Source of the DNA: Selaginella moellendorffii
Lineage: Eukaryota; Plantae; Lycopodiophyta
Direction: 5' to 3'
Assembly: GCF_000143415.4 (NCBI RefSeq)
Contig: NW_003314262.1
Location: 4,586,389-4,650,388, forward strand
Length of the DNA stretch: 64,000 bases
The notes beneath the pieces were generated by a model, which worked only from the letters and a program-made list of their open reading frames with translations, ran no database searches and was not told the origin of the DNA. The position numbers were made by a program, and so were the translations under genes. Positions 19,775-30,825 of this stretch are shown here, piece after piece. Within the stretch, counting starts at the first letter, position 1; each line of letters begins with the position of its first letter.

Positions 19775-22700
19775 GATGGCATGTATTTATTTAAAAATGT
19801 AACTTATTATGGCATGGGGTTCCATGCCATTGTATTAATATTAAAAGACAATTCTTTGAGAGGATTTACATTATACTAGAAGTGTTACAGCATGTTATTG
19901 GAAGTCTATGAAGTTGTTTTATTAATAAGGGGAAAGTAAAGATTGAATAGGGACTTGGGCTCCACCTAGACTCAGAGCAACTGAGCCAATATTAAAAGGA
20001 TGGAAAGAAATTGGACGACGATGACAAGGAGAAGAGAGAGGTGAAGCAGTGGCAGGGGGAGGAGAAGTGATTGAGTAGACATTTCCTTGTTTAAAATAAA
20101 ATGGCATGTGCCTCAATGCAGTTGAATTTTGTTATATTTATATACTATATAAAGGTTTGGAAACCTTATTTTACAAGTGGGATAATGACAATTCCCACTT
20201 TAACGAAATAGAGCTTTATAGCTGTCCACAGCCGTATCATTTGGCTACTTTGCCACTCTCTCCCTTAGAGGTTTCACCTTTGCCAAATTAGAGCATTTGA
20301 GAATCCATCCTTAGAAACACACTTCCTTTCCCACAATCCTTTAGCATCCAACACATTAGTGTTTCTTGCCTAACTTTGCCATTTGGATTCCTTCCAATGA
20401 ATTTCATGGCCCACACTTGGCCACTAGCGGTTTGCTTCTATCCATTGATTATTGCACCAAGTAACATAAGATCACTACCTCCATTCTCGAGGTATCCTTT
20501 TGGTTCCATAGCAAAGGCTCTACTTGTTGAGTCTAGAGGGTACTCACCCCTAGTACGTCTCTTTAGCATTTTTTGTTATAGGCTTCGTCCACGGCCCAAC
20601 TTTGCGACCCTCCCATAAGTCTTTCCTAAAGATTACTTTCTTAGACTCATTATACCATTGTTTTGGCACAATTAATTTCCCTTTTGGTGTCCTTCCCATT
20701 TGGTCACCTTGACCAAGCCACACTATTATCAATAGTTAAAATCAACACTTTGAACTAAGAATTATGTTTCTTAACCCAAACAAAGACATTATCCTTGTTT
20801 AGCCACAAGATCACCTAATGATCTCATCTTGATCCCTTAACAGATACCAATAAGAACTAGGTCTTCTAGACTTTTTAAATTATTGACTATAACCCCAGGG
20901 GCATCCCCCACACTTGGCGGTGTGCCCAAGCCAGCCCTTCCAACTAAGGATCTATCTTTTTGGCATCACATGTTTCCTTCAGTTATTCTCCTCCAGATTA
21001 AAAGGATAGCTTTGCACTTTCTACCATGCCTTAGCAAGTATTCTTAAGGATGAACTTACCCAATAGCCTAGAGAGTGGTTCTTCAATCCAGGTACGCTCA
21101 CTTTGTAATCCCATACACCGAGATTATCGTTGTTACTTATGGGCCTTTCTATGCCCATCACTAGCCTTGCCAAAATCCTTTTTTTGGCTTTGTCCAATTC
21201 AGATAGATAGACTACTCCCATCTCCGCAACTTTGAACATTAGATAGCACTTACTACCCATCATTTGTTAAAGACTTAGTCCCTCAGGTCTTATCTAATGC
21301 CTTCATAACACCAAATACCACCTCTTGGTGTTTTAGAGTGTTTGGGTGTTCTAATGATAGCCTCTTTCAATGAGCATTCCCTTTACGACATTGACTTGTT
21401 ATATCGTAGCATAAGCAATTTATCCCCCATAAGGATACATCCAACTTCCCTATCCCAATAAAAAGTTTTAAGTAGTTACTTTTTATTAGTTTAACCAATT
21501 ATTTTGCACTTTTTGCTTAGTTGCCTTATAATGGTCAAGTCCTACAACTCATTGCTGGTGTTTCCACACCTCCATCATTATTTAGGTCACTACACTCCAA
21601 CTGCATGCCTTTTAGCTTAGGCTATGCCATTTCTATTTCCATTAGAATTCCTTTGGGAAGGGGTTCTCATGAACCTGCCAACTTGAGCTCAAGGCATCAC
21701 GCCTTGGTGCATTTGATGTCTCTACACCATCAGCTCCACGAGTCTACCTTTATGACACTTCGTACTTGTGTCTAGGTCCTTGCCAGAATCAATATAGTTC
21801 TTTCTCATGCCAACTATTTATTAATACTGCACCATAGAGTTTACACACAACTTTGTGTCAAAGTTGTTTTCTTCTAGGAACACCTTTCCCATGACTTTAG
21901 TATAGCATATTCTGCCATCAATGAGATACCCACTGTTCTCATACTTGGATTTTATGATCCTCCCTATCTTTCGTGGGGCACAATACACCTCAATCCAAAT
22001 GCTTTTACCAATCCCTTAGGACCATTCCTTGACTTTACATGAGTCATCTAGTATTTTTGGATTTTGCTAATCCAATGACCTGTAAGGTCCTATTTTTGAG
22101 GTGCTAGCTCGTTGGAATACAACTTTGTGTATTCATGTCTTACTCACAAGGACCATCTTTGCAAATGTTACTCTAACACATAATTATTCCTCGTTTTCTA
22201 TAGGCTACTCTCGCTCCTTAGGACTATCCATCCATATGATGAGAATACCGTCTCATCCTTTGAGCACACCCCCAACTTCTTGAGTTTATTCCAACATTTA
22301 TAAAAGGTAGCCCCGACTACCATTTCAATGACTCGTGTCTTCATCCATATTTGACCTTTCACAGTCATTAATTCCGGTCTCAAATTCATGAGCACAAGCC
22401 TCAACTATATGAGGATAATTTTGTGACTCCTTTATTGTTTTGGAGTCTCTATCTTTCCCATGATCCCAACTATAGTTGTTTACCACAACTACATTAGCCC
22501 ATTTGCTAAGTCAAACACTCATTTGGATCACATCCTCAACTCTCTAAGGAAAACCTTATACTATTCCTAAGATCCTAAAATCGTTCCATTATTGGCCTTT
22601 TTTTATCCACCACCTCATCTACAAGTTCACATATGAACTGTAGTGGAGAGCCATGTCTTCTCGACTTGCTACTCCCTAAAGATAGCCCCACTCCTAGGAC

Positions 22701-23439
22701 CTTCCGATACTAACACTAGTGGTGATATACTTGAGCACTAATAAAAGTTAGACTAAGGAACAACTTTGATACCAAATTGTAAGCGACTAAATTTTCCATT
22801 CTACTTTAGTCACTTAACCACATCTTCGACCACTTGGAGGAGTCTCACTCACAACCTCTGTAAGTCTTGTTTTGGACTTAGGGACTTGCTAACCCCAAAA
22901 ATGGCATCCATGCCACTCAACCATTGCACTTGGTCCAAGTGCTCCATGTGTCCGATCCAATGACCGACACCCCAAGATACCACCGACATACTAGCTTGTT
23001 ACGCTAAGGCCATGCCCATTCACCTTGATCACACCGGTAGTCCAACACTACCTACATCGTAGTCTCATCTCTCCAAGATTGGGCCATCTGTCCATGAGTG
23101 ACCATCTTAGGTCCACACCTTAGCATCCTTAAAATGCCCACAGACATAAAAAACAACCTTCCCCAATATCCCTTTTATAGTCCCCACTAAGTCCCTTTTC
23201 TGTCCATGGGCGTGTTCACCAACACTACCACTGGGACAAGGCCTACAGACCCAACCATGAAGTCCCACTGTCCTCTATGACTTCCTCACCACATGACCGT
23301 ATTATTGGTCACTACACTAGAGGACCATTCCTCTTCCTTTCCACAATCTAGGACTTTAGGAGAACATTTCAGAACACCGTGGCTTTATGTGAGCCTCATG
23401 GGTACTCTCCCCACCTTCTGCCTTTGGGTGCTCTAACCA

Positions 23440-23956
23440 CCTTACTCAAATGATGACAAAATCGTGTTTGTAATGTTATCACATGACGAACACGAGATAA
23501 AACATCTGCCACCACATTTGATTTTCCCAGACAATGCTCAATAGGAAAGTCCCCAAACTCCATGAGTTTGACCATCCAACAAGCTTGCCTAGTGTTCAAC
23601 TCCTTCTGTATGAAAAGATACACAAGTGGTTTGGGATCTGTCAACACTACGAACACTGCACCATATAGATAGTGTAGCCACGTCCACAAAGCATGAACAA
23701 TAGAGAGTAACTCTTGCTCATATATGGAATAGCGTTGCTCCGCAGAATTCAAGGTTTGACTCTCATATGCAATAGGTTGTCCCTCTTGCATGAGAACTCC
23801 TCCCAGTGCATAACCACTCGCATCGCATGTCACCTCATAAAGTTTCGATGGATCAGCAATGTGAAGCACTGGAGTCTTGCTCAACAATCGTTTCAGCACC
23901 ACAAAACTCTCCTCTTGTGGCTTTTTCCACTCAAATGGCACATTCTTGCGTAACAA
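23440..23956 (-). pseudogene. Ty3/gypsy RT-RNase H fragment
   Basis: FEWKKPQEESF..VTCDASGYALGGVLMQEGQPIAYES..EQELLSIVHAL..GKSNVVADVLSR. Confidence 0.9.
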
Positions 23957-24177
23957 CTACGTCAAACGAATTATATGATTCCTAGGTCCATTTCATGGAT
24001 TTTTACCCAAATTACCCACCTTCTCATAAAAGAAGAAAAGAAATTGGCATAATACAAGGCAAGTAAGTTCTTATAGAGTGGTTAGAATTCTATAGTATTG
24101 CAATACAAGTTCAACCAACTGTAAAGACCATGGGGTAAGCAAAAATCTTCAACTATTGAAATATAAAGTAGTAGTAC

Positions 24178-24478
24178 TTAAAAATATAATATACCCTTTA
24201 GCAAGGTATATTTCTACTTCTAAATTTGAAATCATACGTATTGGGCATCCATGCAACAGATATCCATTGTAAAACTGTGGTATGGGTGGATGACTAGTTA
24301 GTGAATGTAACCCATATCCACTGTAGGCCTGTGGTATGGGTGGATGACAGTGTTACCTATATGATCATGAAATAAAATTTGGATATATTGTTATTATAGA
24401 TCTTTGGAACTTTAGGGGATAAATAGAGATAAAATAGCCACTAAAGGCTCTCTCATCAAGCAACTACCCCTTTTCCAG
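24178..24478 (+). mobile_element. Degenerate third TRIM fragment
   Basis: Matches the TRIM interior (AAAATATAATATACCC..GGGCATCCATGC) and part of its LTR (AAAATAGCCACTAAAGGCTCTCTCATCAAGCAA). Confidence 0.75.
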
Positions 24479-24589
24479 GCAATGTTAGGAGTCCACCTCA
24501 GCTTCAAGAAGATTTTGTTCATGTCTAGGCTAAGCCAATAGATTCAAGAGCTTCTCTTGTTCCTGTCACTTATCGTGACCAAGAGGTAG

Positions 24590-24830
24590 GGATGGCATTG
24601 AACGACTCAGGCTCTTGCAACAATGTGATGTTTGATACATGTACTCAGCCTGGAGCTCACAAAGTACAACATTCCTATCTCAAGACATTTGCACAGCACC
24701 TTGTTGTCCCCAAGGACATTTGTAAGGACATTCTCATCTATGTAGGTAGTGTGGAAACTTTGGTGGATTTCTTGATGGTGAATTATGAGTCAGCCATGGT
24801 TATATCACTCATTCTTGGATGAAGTTAGTA
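24590..24830 (+). pseudogene. Retrotransposon aspartic-protease-like remnant
   Basis: ALNDSGSCNNVM...VDFLMV...SLILG resembles the retropepsin DSG and ILG motifs. Confidence 0.5.
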
Positions 24831-27310
24831 GGCTGCTATTCATGTTCAGACAGATTCACACAAAGGATTGTTCTTCATATTCACTTTGCTACCTTTTCCA
24901 ACAAGCAAAGCGCCCTCTCGGCATCACCAGCCATCTCTTCACTTGCAGCAGCTTAGAGCATCCCTAAAGTTGATGCCTTTCCAATCATCTTTCTAGAGCT
25001 GATTGACAATGACTCTTTGCTGGGGATCCATGTCCTAAATTGCGCTTTTATCGTGCAATATCCTTCTGTGGAACTCAACCATTTATTCCACAGCATGTAA
25101 ACTCTCTGGGAATGCAAGCACTCCTTTCCAACTAACTCCACTCAGTTATGAAGACCTCTCGATAAATGCCTCACATTTGGCTGGGGAAGCCTTTCTTGGC
25201 TGTTTTGGAGGTACTAATAGTGGATCCAGACTGACTCCCACAAGAAATAGAGCAGCTTGATGAGCAAGATTTCCACTCCCCAACACAGGAAGGCTAGATT
25301 CTAGAGGTCATGGAGAACAACAAAATGGAGCCTCTAGCTGAATCTCCCTTTCCCACTAGAACTTGTCTGGAGACTCGAGCCTCTTTATTTGAGGTTGGAC
25401 CCAATGCTGTCTAGGATCCTCACTTTTCATGCATTGGACATTCTGAGCATAACTACAACTTGGTGGCATTTGGAGGAAGTCTTCTACCACAACCACATAG
25501 CAATGGCACACTTTCCTTTTGCAGGCATCTGCATCGCCTTGGTTCATCTAGCTAGTTTCAGAGCTTCTACACCCACATGAAGAAGTCTTCTTCACAGCTC
25601 TAGCAAGCACGGACTTGCTTTACCCTGTTCTCTTCCAGTAATGACTTCTTTCTCCTGTGCTTTCTTCTTTTTTTTTCTTTTCATTTTCTTTGGTTCTTTT
25701 CCTTTGTTTTTTAATTATTCTCTTGCTTGAATTCTAGACTTGGAACTACATTACTACGACAAGCTTTGTAATTTTTTGTTATGCTCAAAAGTTTGAATTT
25801 CCCATCCTACATTCCTCCACTTTTACACCTTTCACAATTACCACCTCTCACTTTCTACCATATTCCACATTTAGCTTGAAATTTCTTCTCAACAACCAGG
25901 TACAGATTCATTATAGTATCCTATATGTCACCTCCACAATCCAGGTCAAGTTTTTGACCACTTTTCAGATTTAGCAACAACTCTTTACAGCACAGCCATT
26001 ACCTCTTCTATTCACAATGTAGCTGAGTCCTATTTCAACCATAGGAGCTCTTGATCATGGCATCCAGGTCTTTCTTTGGAGCAGCCTCTTACCCTACATC
26101 CACTTCTCTTAACCAGCCGTAGTGTTTTTGCAAAGACACCAGTTTTCCTATGTAGTGTTGCAATCATGCTAGCATTTCTATAAGTAAGCTAGGAGGCATC
26201 CTCTCTACAGGCATGGCTGATATGCACTTTTTCCACCTCTAATCCACCTTCACACTTTCATTTGGGCAACACTTGCCCTTTCTTCTTTTCATCTTCACTC
26301 CAAACTTTGAGCAGATTCAAGGTCTAGAGGTACTTGTGGCGTAACTTGTGGTGCAACATTATACAATGCTTTCAAGGTCTAGGATTAAAGTTTGAGTTTC
26401 TTCTCTTTAGCATCTTTCACTTTTTTCTCTTTCTTTATTTCTTTCTTGCTTCTTTTCTCAGATCTAAAGTAGAGTTACCAAATTTTCTTACTAAATTCCT
26501 CTATGTCTTCAAACTTTTCACCTTCTACTTTTCTTTTCTTTGAGCATTTATCTTTCTCCACAATTACCTTGTTTGGGCATCTTTCTTCATGCTCTTTGTG
26601 CAAAGCATGGGGCTAGGGCGTTGGGGCCCTACACAATCCTCCCCTGGTCACCCTGTTGCATGTTGTGCCAAGATTCAGGTAGTATATTCTTGAGGTGCAC
26701 ATGGGAATATTCCTCTTTAAAATGAGAGATTCTTAGAGATCTTTAGAGATTAAGAGCACGATATAGCATTTCTCTTTAATATAGATCTCTTCCCATATGA
26801 GAGATCAGCATTGCACAAGAGGTTTCTCTAGTTCAATAGAGAAACTTCTTTACCTCGTGTTGATTTAGATGATCTTCAGTTCTTCAGTTATCAGTTCATA
26901 CATTGGAGATACCAAAGAAAACAGCTACATGGATTTCATCAAATGAAGCAGCATCAAGAATGAGTTCATAGCGGCATGGGACAACCTTCACACCTCTCTT
27001 ACAATATAATCATTCTAACATAGAATTGGCTGTTGCAGTTAAACCTTCCCCTTCAATTGTGAGAGAAGTTCGTAAAATTGTTTTAAAGTTTTTTTTGTGA
27101 TTAAAATTTTTGGTCATAACCATCACTATTGTGCACAGACTAATAAAATTAAGCCATGTCTTAACTTTAAACAAATGCCTTTTTGTCTATCGTCCATGTG
27201 TGGCATGCATGCAATACTACCACATGGCTAAGCAATACTGAGTCAGAAATAACGGGGTGCGAGATGCACTCTTGGTTCGAGAATGTGAATTCCCAACTTT
27301 CATTTCCTGT

Positions 27311-28878
27311 CTATGAATCAAACACTGCTCCAAATGCCACGATCTTCTTTGTCTTGCACACGTCGCGAACGGCCTCCGTGAACTTCGCGTTGGACACCAC
27401 AAAGATGGCCTCTGCCCTAAACTCCTCGTAGCTCGCCAATGCGATCTCCGACTTAGGCCGCCCCATCTCCGCGGTGTCGTAGATCGTGTGGGAATGTTGG
27501 AATACGCGATCACAGATCTCGTCCCGGTGCTTCTTGGCGATCCAGACGACGTGAATGGCGACGCAATCGCTGCCAATGTGTGGGAGGATTGGGGCAATTC
27601 CAGCCCCAGTGCCCACGCAGATCACTCGGAAGAAATGCATAATACAGCACCCCTCACTCTTACGTGGTTGCCCCTTTGCCACGCTCACTCCTCGCGTCCT
27701 CCGTGGCGTGTTTAGTCACGCCCAGCTCTGCACCCTAAATGTTTATCATTAGGTTCCATTAAACTATGTCTTTGAAAGGGATTCTCTTAAACATCACGAT
27801 TGCATCGTTAAACTCCACAATTGCACCTAGGAGGCTGTTCCACAAGCAGCAGTCCCACTCGGGCATCTCAAAGATTTATCTCTTTAATTTATAATAATGA
27901 GGTGGCATGCGCATGTAAGCAATGAGGTGGCATGCAAATCCAAATAAACAAATGGGGCCCACCCTAAATAAGGGGGGGTGCTGTATTATGCATTCATTAT
28001 GACGATCAGAATATTTCCCTGCCTCCCAACGCGGACATGGACGCTCTGGCGCTCGATCAAGAACCACGAGTAGAACACGAGAAGGAGACAGGCTATGGCG
28101 ATCGTAGCGCTGGCGATAGAAATTCCTGACAGATTCCAGCGAGAATGGAAGAATTTCCTGAGCAAGATCGCCGTGAGGAGGAGGAGTGACCAGCCCAGGT
28201 ATCTGTGGACTCTCTCGAAGAGATTGTGGTGCCGGACCCTAACGATCGGCATTGCCAGGATCATCATGATCGAGAGACCGGCGACGAGCACGGCCAGCAT
28301 TGCGACGTTCGCGGCGTCGATTCCATGGGCAATGTGGCCATGATCGCCGATGGGGAGGATCAAAGCAATGGTCGTCCACACGAGGAGCATGATCGCGCAG
28401 CCCGTGTGGATCAGTGGAGCATTCGATTAAAGAAGTATTTCCTCCATGGGATCCGGACGACGATCTTGTAAAGCAGCAGCAACACCGTGCCGTTGCGGAT
28501 CGCCGCTACCGCCAGGAGATTCACAAGCGCCATGGCGGTGGCCAGCTCCGCGCGATTGACGCGAAGGTCGTCCACATCGATCGAGAAGAGGGCCGCGACG
28601 ATGGCAAGATTGACCGGGAATATCACGAGCCACCACACGTTGTAGAGAGTAAATCCAAACCTTCTTCCCCATCCAGCTCCCAGACGAGCGTGCTGCTTCT
28701 TCTCCACGATCGCATTGAGCCGCTTCTCGATCCGGGGCGTCGTGGATTCCTCATGGAGTTCTTGGGCGGCAAACTCCATGATTCTCTCGATGACAGTGGC
28801 AGAGCAGCAAAGCACCATATAATGCTGGAGACGCCAGACCCGCTCTCCGATTCTCCCTCTCTCAATTCCATCTTGCAT
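27311..28878 (-). pseudogene. TmpA-like / ferric-reductase-like integral membrane oxidoreductase (disrupted)
   Basis: Transmembrane segments with IHTGC and RHHNLFERVHRYLGW, NAD(P)H-binding RVICVGTGAGIAP, and a C-terminal GAVFDS. Frameshift at ~28411; the middle is replaced by an IR-bounded segment. Confidence 0.75.
27634..27994. mobile_element. 361-bp segment bounded by perfect 20-bp inverted repeats (MITE-like)
   Basis: AATGCATAATACAGCACCCC at 27634-27653 and its reverse complement at 27975-27994. No TSD seen. Confidence 0.55.
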
Positions 28879-29058
28879 TTGTCATTGGAACTTTTCCTTG
28901 GACTCTAATTTTTTATATCTTTCGGAGACTTTAGATAAAGACACAGAAGAAGTTGGAATACAACACTCCCAAGATTTTTTTAATCGCGCACAGCACTCTC
29001 TCCCACACATTAGGGCTCTTCCGCGACAATATTTAGGGTTCTTCGCAGTTTCCTCCAA

Positions 29059-30075
29059 ATGAGCTCCTTTTCTCTGGCGCAGCACCGCCGGCTGCTCCTG
29101 CTGCTACTGCGGCCGCGATCAGCGCGGGGTGTGAGCAGCTCCTGCGCTCGATTGGCCGATGACGATGAAAAGAAGGTCTCGTCGAGGCTGTTCCAGCGGC
29201 AGCAAGTGATGAATGCGAGGGAAGAGGACGCGTTGGAAGAGGCTACGGGGCCACCCCCAAAGGTTACAACGGGTGAGCGTGTTTCTCTTGTTTTCTGGAG
29301 TATTTTCCTTGTGTATGGTTTCTTACTCTCTCGCTTTGCTTGTCTCTTTTTTCTTTTGCGCTTGAAAGATCATGTTACGATGAGCTTCGCCAGGAGCAGC
29401 GGTGCTGGAGGCCAAAACGTGAACAAAGGTACGTGGTTTGCCAGTTTCATTGATCCTTCCCTCGTACCAAATTTTCCTGTGGCAGTGAACACCAAGGTGG
29501 ACATGCGTTTCAAGGTCATGGCTGCTCAGTGGCTGCCCCTCAGAGCCAGGCTCAAGCTGCTTCAAACGGTCGGTCATGTTTAGAAAGAAGTGAGAGAGCT
29601 GTGCTCGTTTCGGCGAAACGCTTGCGAACTCATCGTTTTTGTAGGAAAGGAACAGGATCAACAATGAGGGGGAGCTTGTTGTGACATCGACAAAGAACAG
29701 GACACAAAAGTACGTAGTGCTTGCATTTTTCTGGCAGAGCTTCACGACGGATAATTGGCAGGGGAAACATAGAAGACGCGCTTGAAAAAATACAGGTAGG
29801 TGATTGATAAAGAAAGGTTGTGAAGCTTAGCCAATTTTTCCAACTCTTGCAGGAGATAATTGATGAAGCATGCTATGTGCCGCCGCCTCCTTCGGAAGAG
29901 ACGAAAAATCGCGTCATCAAGTTGTATGTAGTGCTGGCGATTCCTCCGTAATCCATTGTAAAGGACTGACTGCTGGTCTCTTGTGGATTCCAGAGCTGCT
30001 GCTGAAGATCAGAAAAGGCTCCAGATAAAAAAACAAATTGCCAACAAGAAATCGTCACGGAGGGAACGTTTCTAG
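29059..30075 (+). CDS. ICT1: Organellar peptidyl-tRNA hydrolase, ICT1/ArfB(YaeJ)-type RF-1 domain protein, ~7 exons
   Basis: Transit-peptide-like N-terminus, then SFARSSGAGGQNVNK|VNTKVDMRF (GGQ motif), RINNEGELVV, NIEDALEKIQ and a basic tail. GT-AG introns; stop TAG at 30073-30075. Confidence 0.9.
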
Positions 30076-30825
30076 ATCGAGGTACAACCAGTAGAGAGAC
30101 AGATAGGGAGCGTGTGTAATTACGTTGTGTAGAACAAAATACTTTTTTCTACAGAACGTGCAAGCTTCACTTAAAAACTGTGGTACTCTCAGCAATCAGT
30201 CCCTTCCGTGGATACACTCAACAACGGGGTAAAAGCTCTTAGCTCCAGTCGCAGCTATCGATGTCTTGCTTATTCCAAGGGAAACTTTCGAGTTCGATGT
30301 GCTAATATGGACTCCGGACAGTGCCGCCAGATCCACATCTGGGTGTCTCTCCGGATGGAGCTCTTCATGAAGGTGGGCATTGTGATTTCTCATTGTCTGT
30401 ATACCCCACTAAACTGTTTCACTTGAAGATAGAAATGCAGGTAAATAATCGATGAGAGGTTTTGAAGCTAGCCAACTTTGTTCACTTTGCAGGAGATAAT
30501 TGAAGAAGCATTGCAACGTTGCAAGGCCATCGCCGTGGTGCTCTTTGCAGAAGATCTGGAATTGTTAACAGTCAAATTGAGGTATGCGATACAAGAGTGA
30601 TTACTGCTGTCTTTGGAGTGTTGCATTGAGGAATAATTGTTCGTGCATTTTGTTTCCTTATACATTCCATACTTTTAGTGGTTGTTCATATTTCGATTTC
30701 GTTACACCTTGTGTGCACAGACTTGAAATATCACAGGAACGCAAACTGGCGCAGTAATCCATGCCCTCTCTCCATTTGGCGGTCTTGTCAAAGAACAAAG
30801 TGGCCTCTAACTGGCTGTGGCAAGG

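Larger units (their letters stand above)
9708..20122. repeat. Dispersed 22-bp palindrome ATGGCRTG-N6-CAYGCCAT, about 20 copies
   Basis: Copies start at 9708, 10024, 10113, ~10520, 10633, 10713, 10873, 11019, 12361, 12418, 14264, 14334, 15617, 17116, 17257, 17448, 18657, 18732, 19809 and 20101; some are degenerate. Confidence 0.9.
9476..20222. mobile_element. Large TIR DNA transposon with Sola1-like DDE transposase and divergent accessory gene
   Basis: Perfect 30-bp TIRs GCTATAAAGCTCTATTTCGTTAAAGTGGGA (9476-9505; reverse complement at 20193-20222). TGT flanks both sides (9473-9475, 20223-20225). Contains a transposase ORF. Confidence 0.9.
7257..23440 (-). mobile_element. Degenerate LTR retrotransposon (3' LTR 7257-8974; truncated 5' LTR 22778-~23440) hosting the DNA transposon
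   Basis: 22778-23440 is a direct repeat of 7257-~7920. On the minus strand the LTR end (...GTCGCTTACA) is followed by PBS TGGTATCAAAG (22764-22774). The interior is decayed. Confidence 0.7.

Noticed and set aside
9708-20122. Palindromic repeats as a CRISPR array
   Set aside because: Spacing is irregular (tens of bp to kb), copies lie inside genes, there are no cas genes, and the context is eukaryotic.
28414-28908. 164-aa plus-strand ORF
   Set aside because: Shadow ORF of the GC-rich TmpA-like gene on the minus strand.
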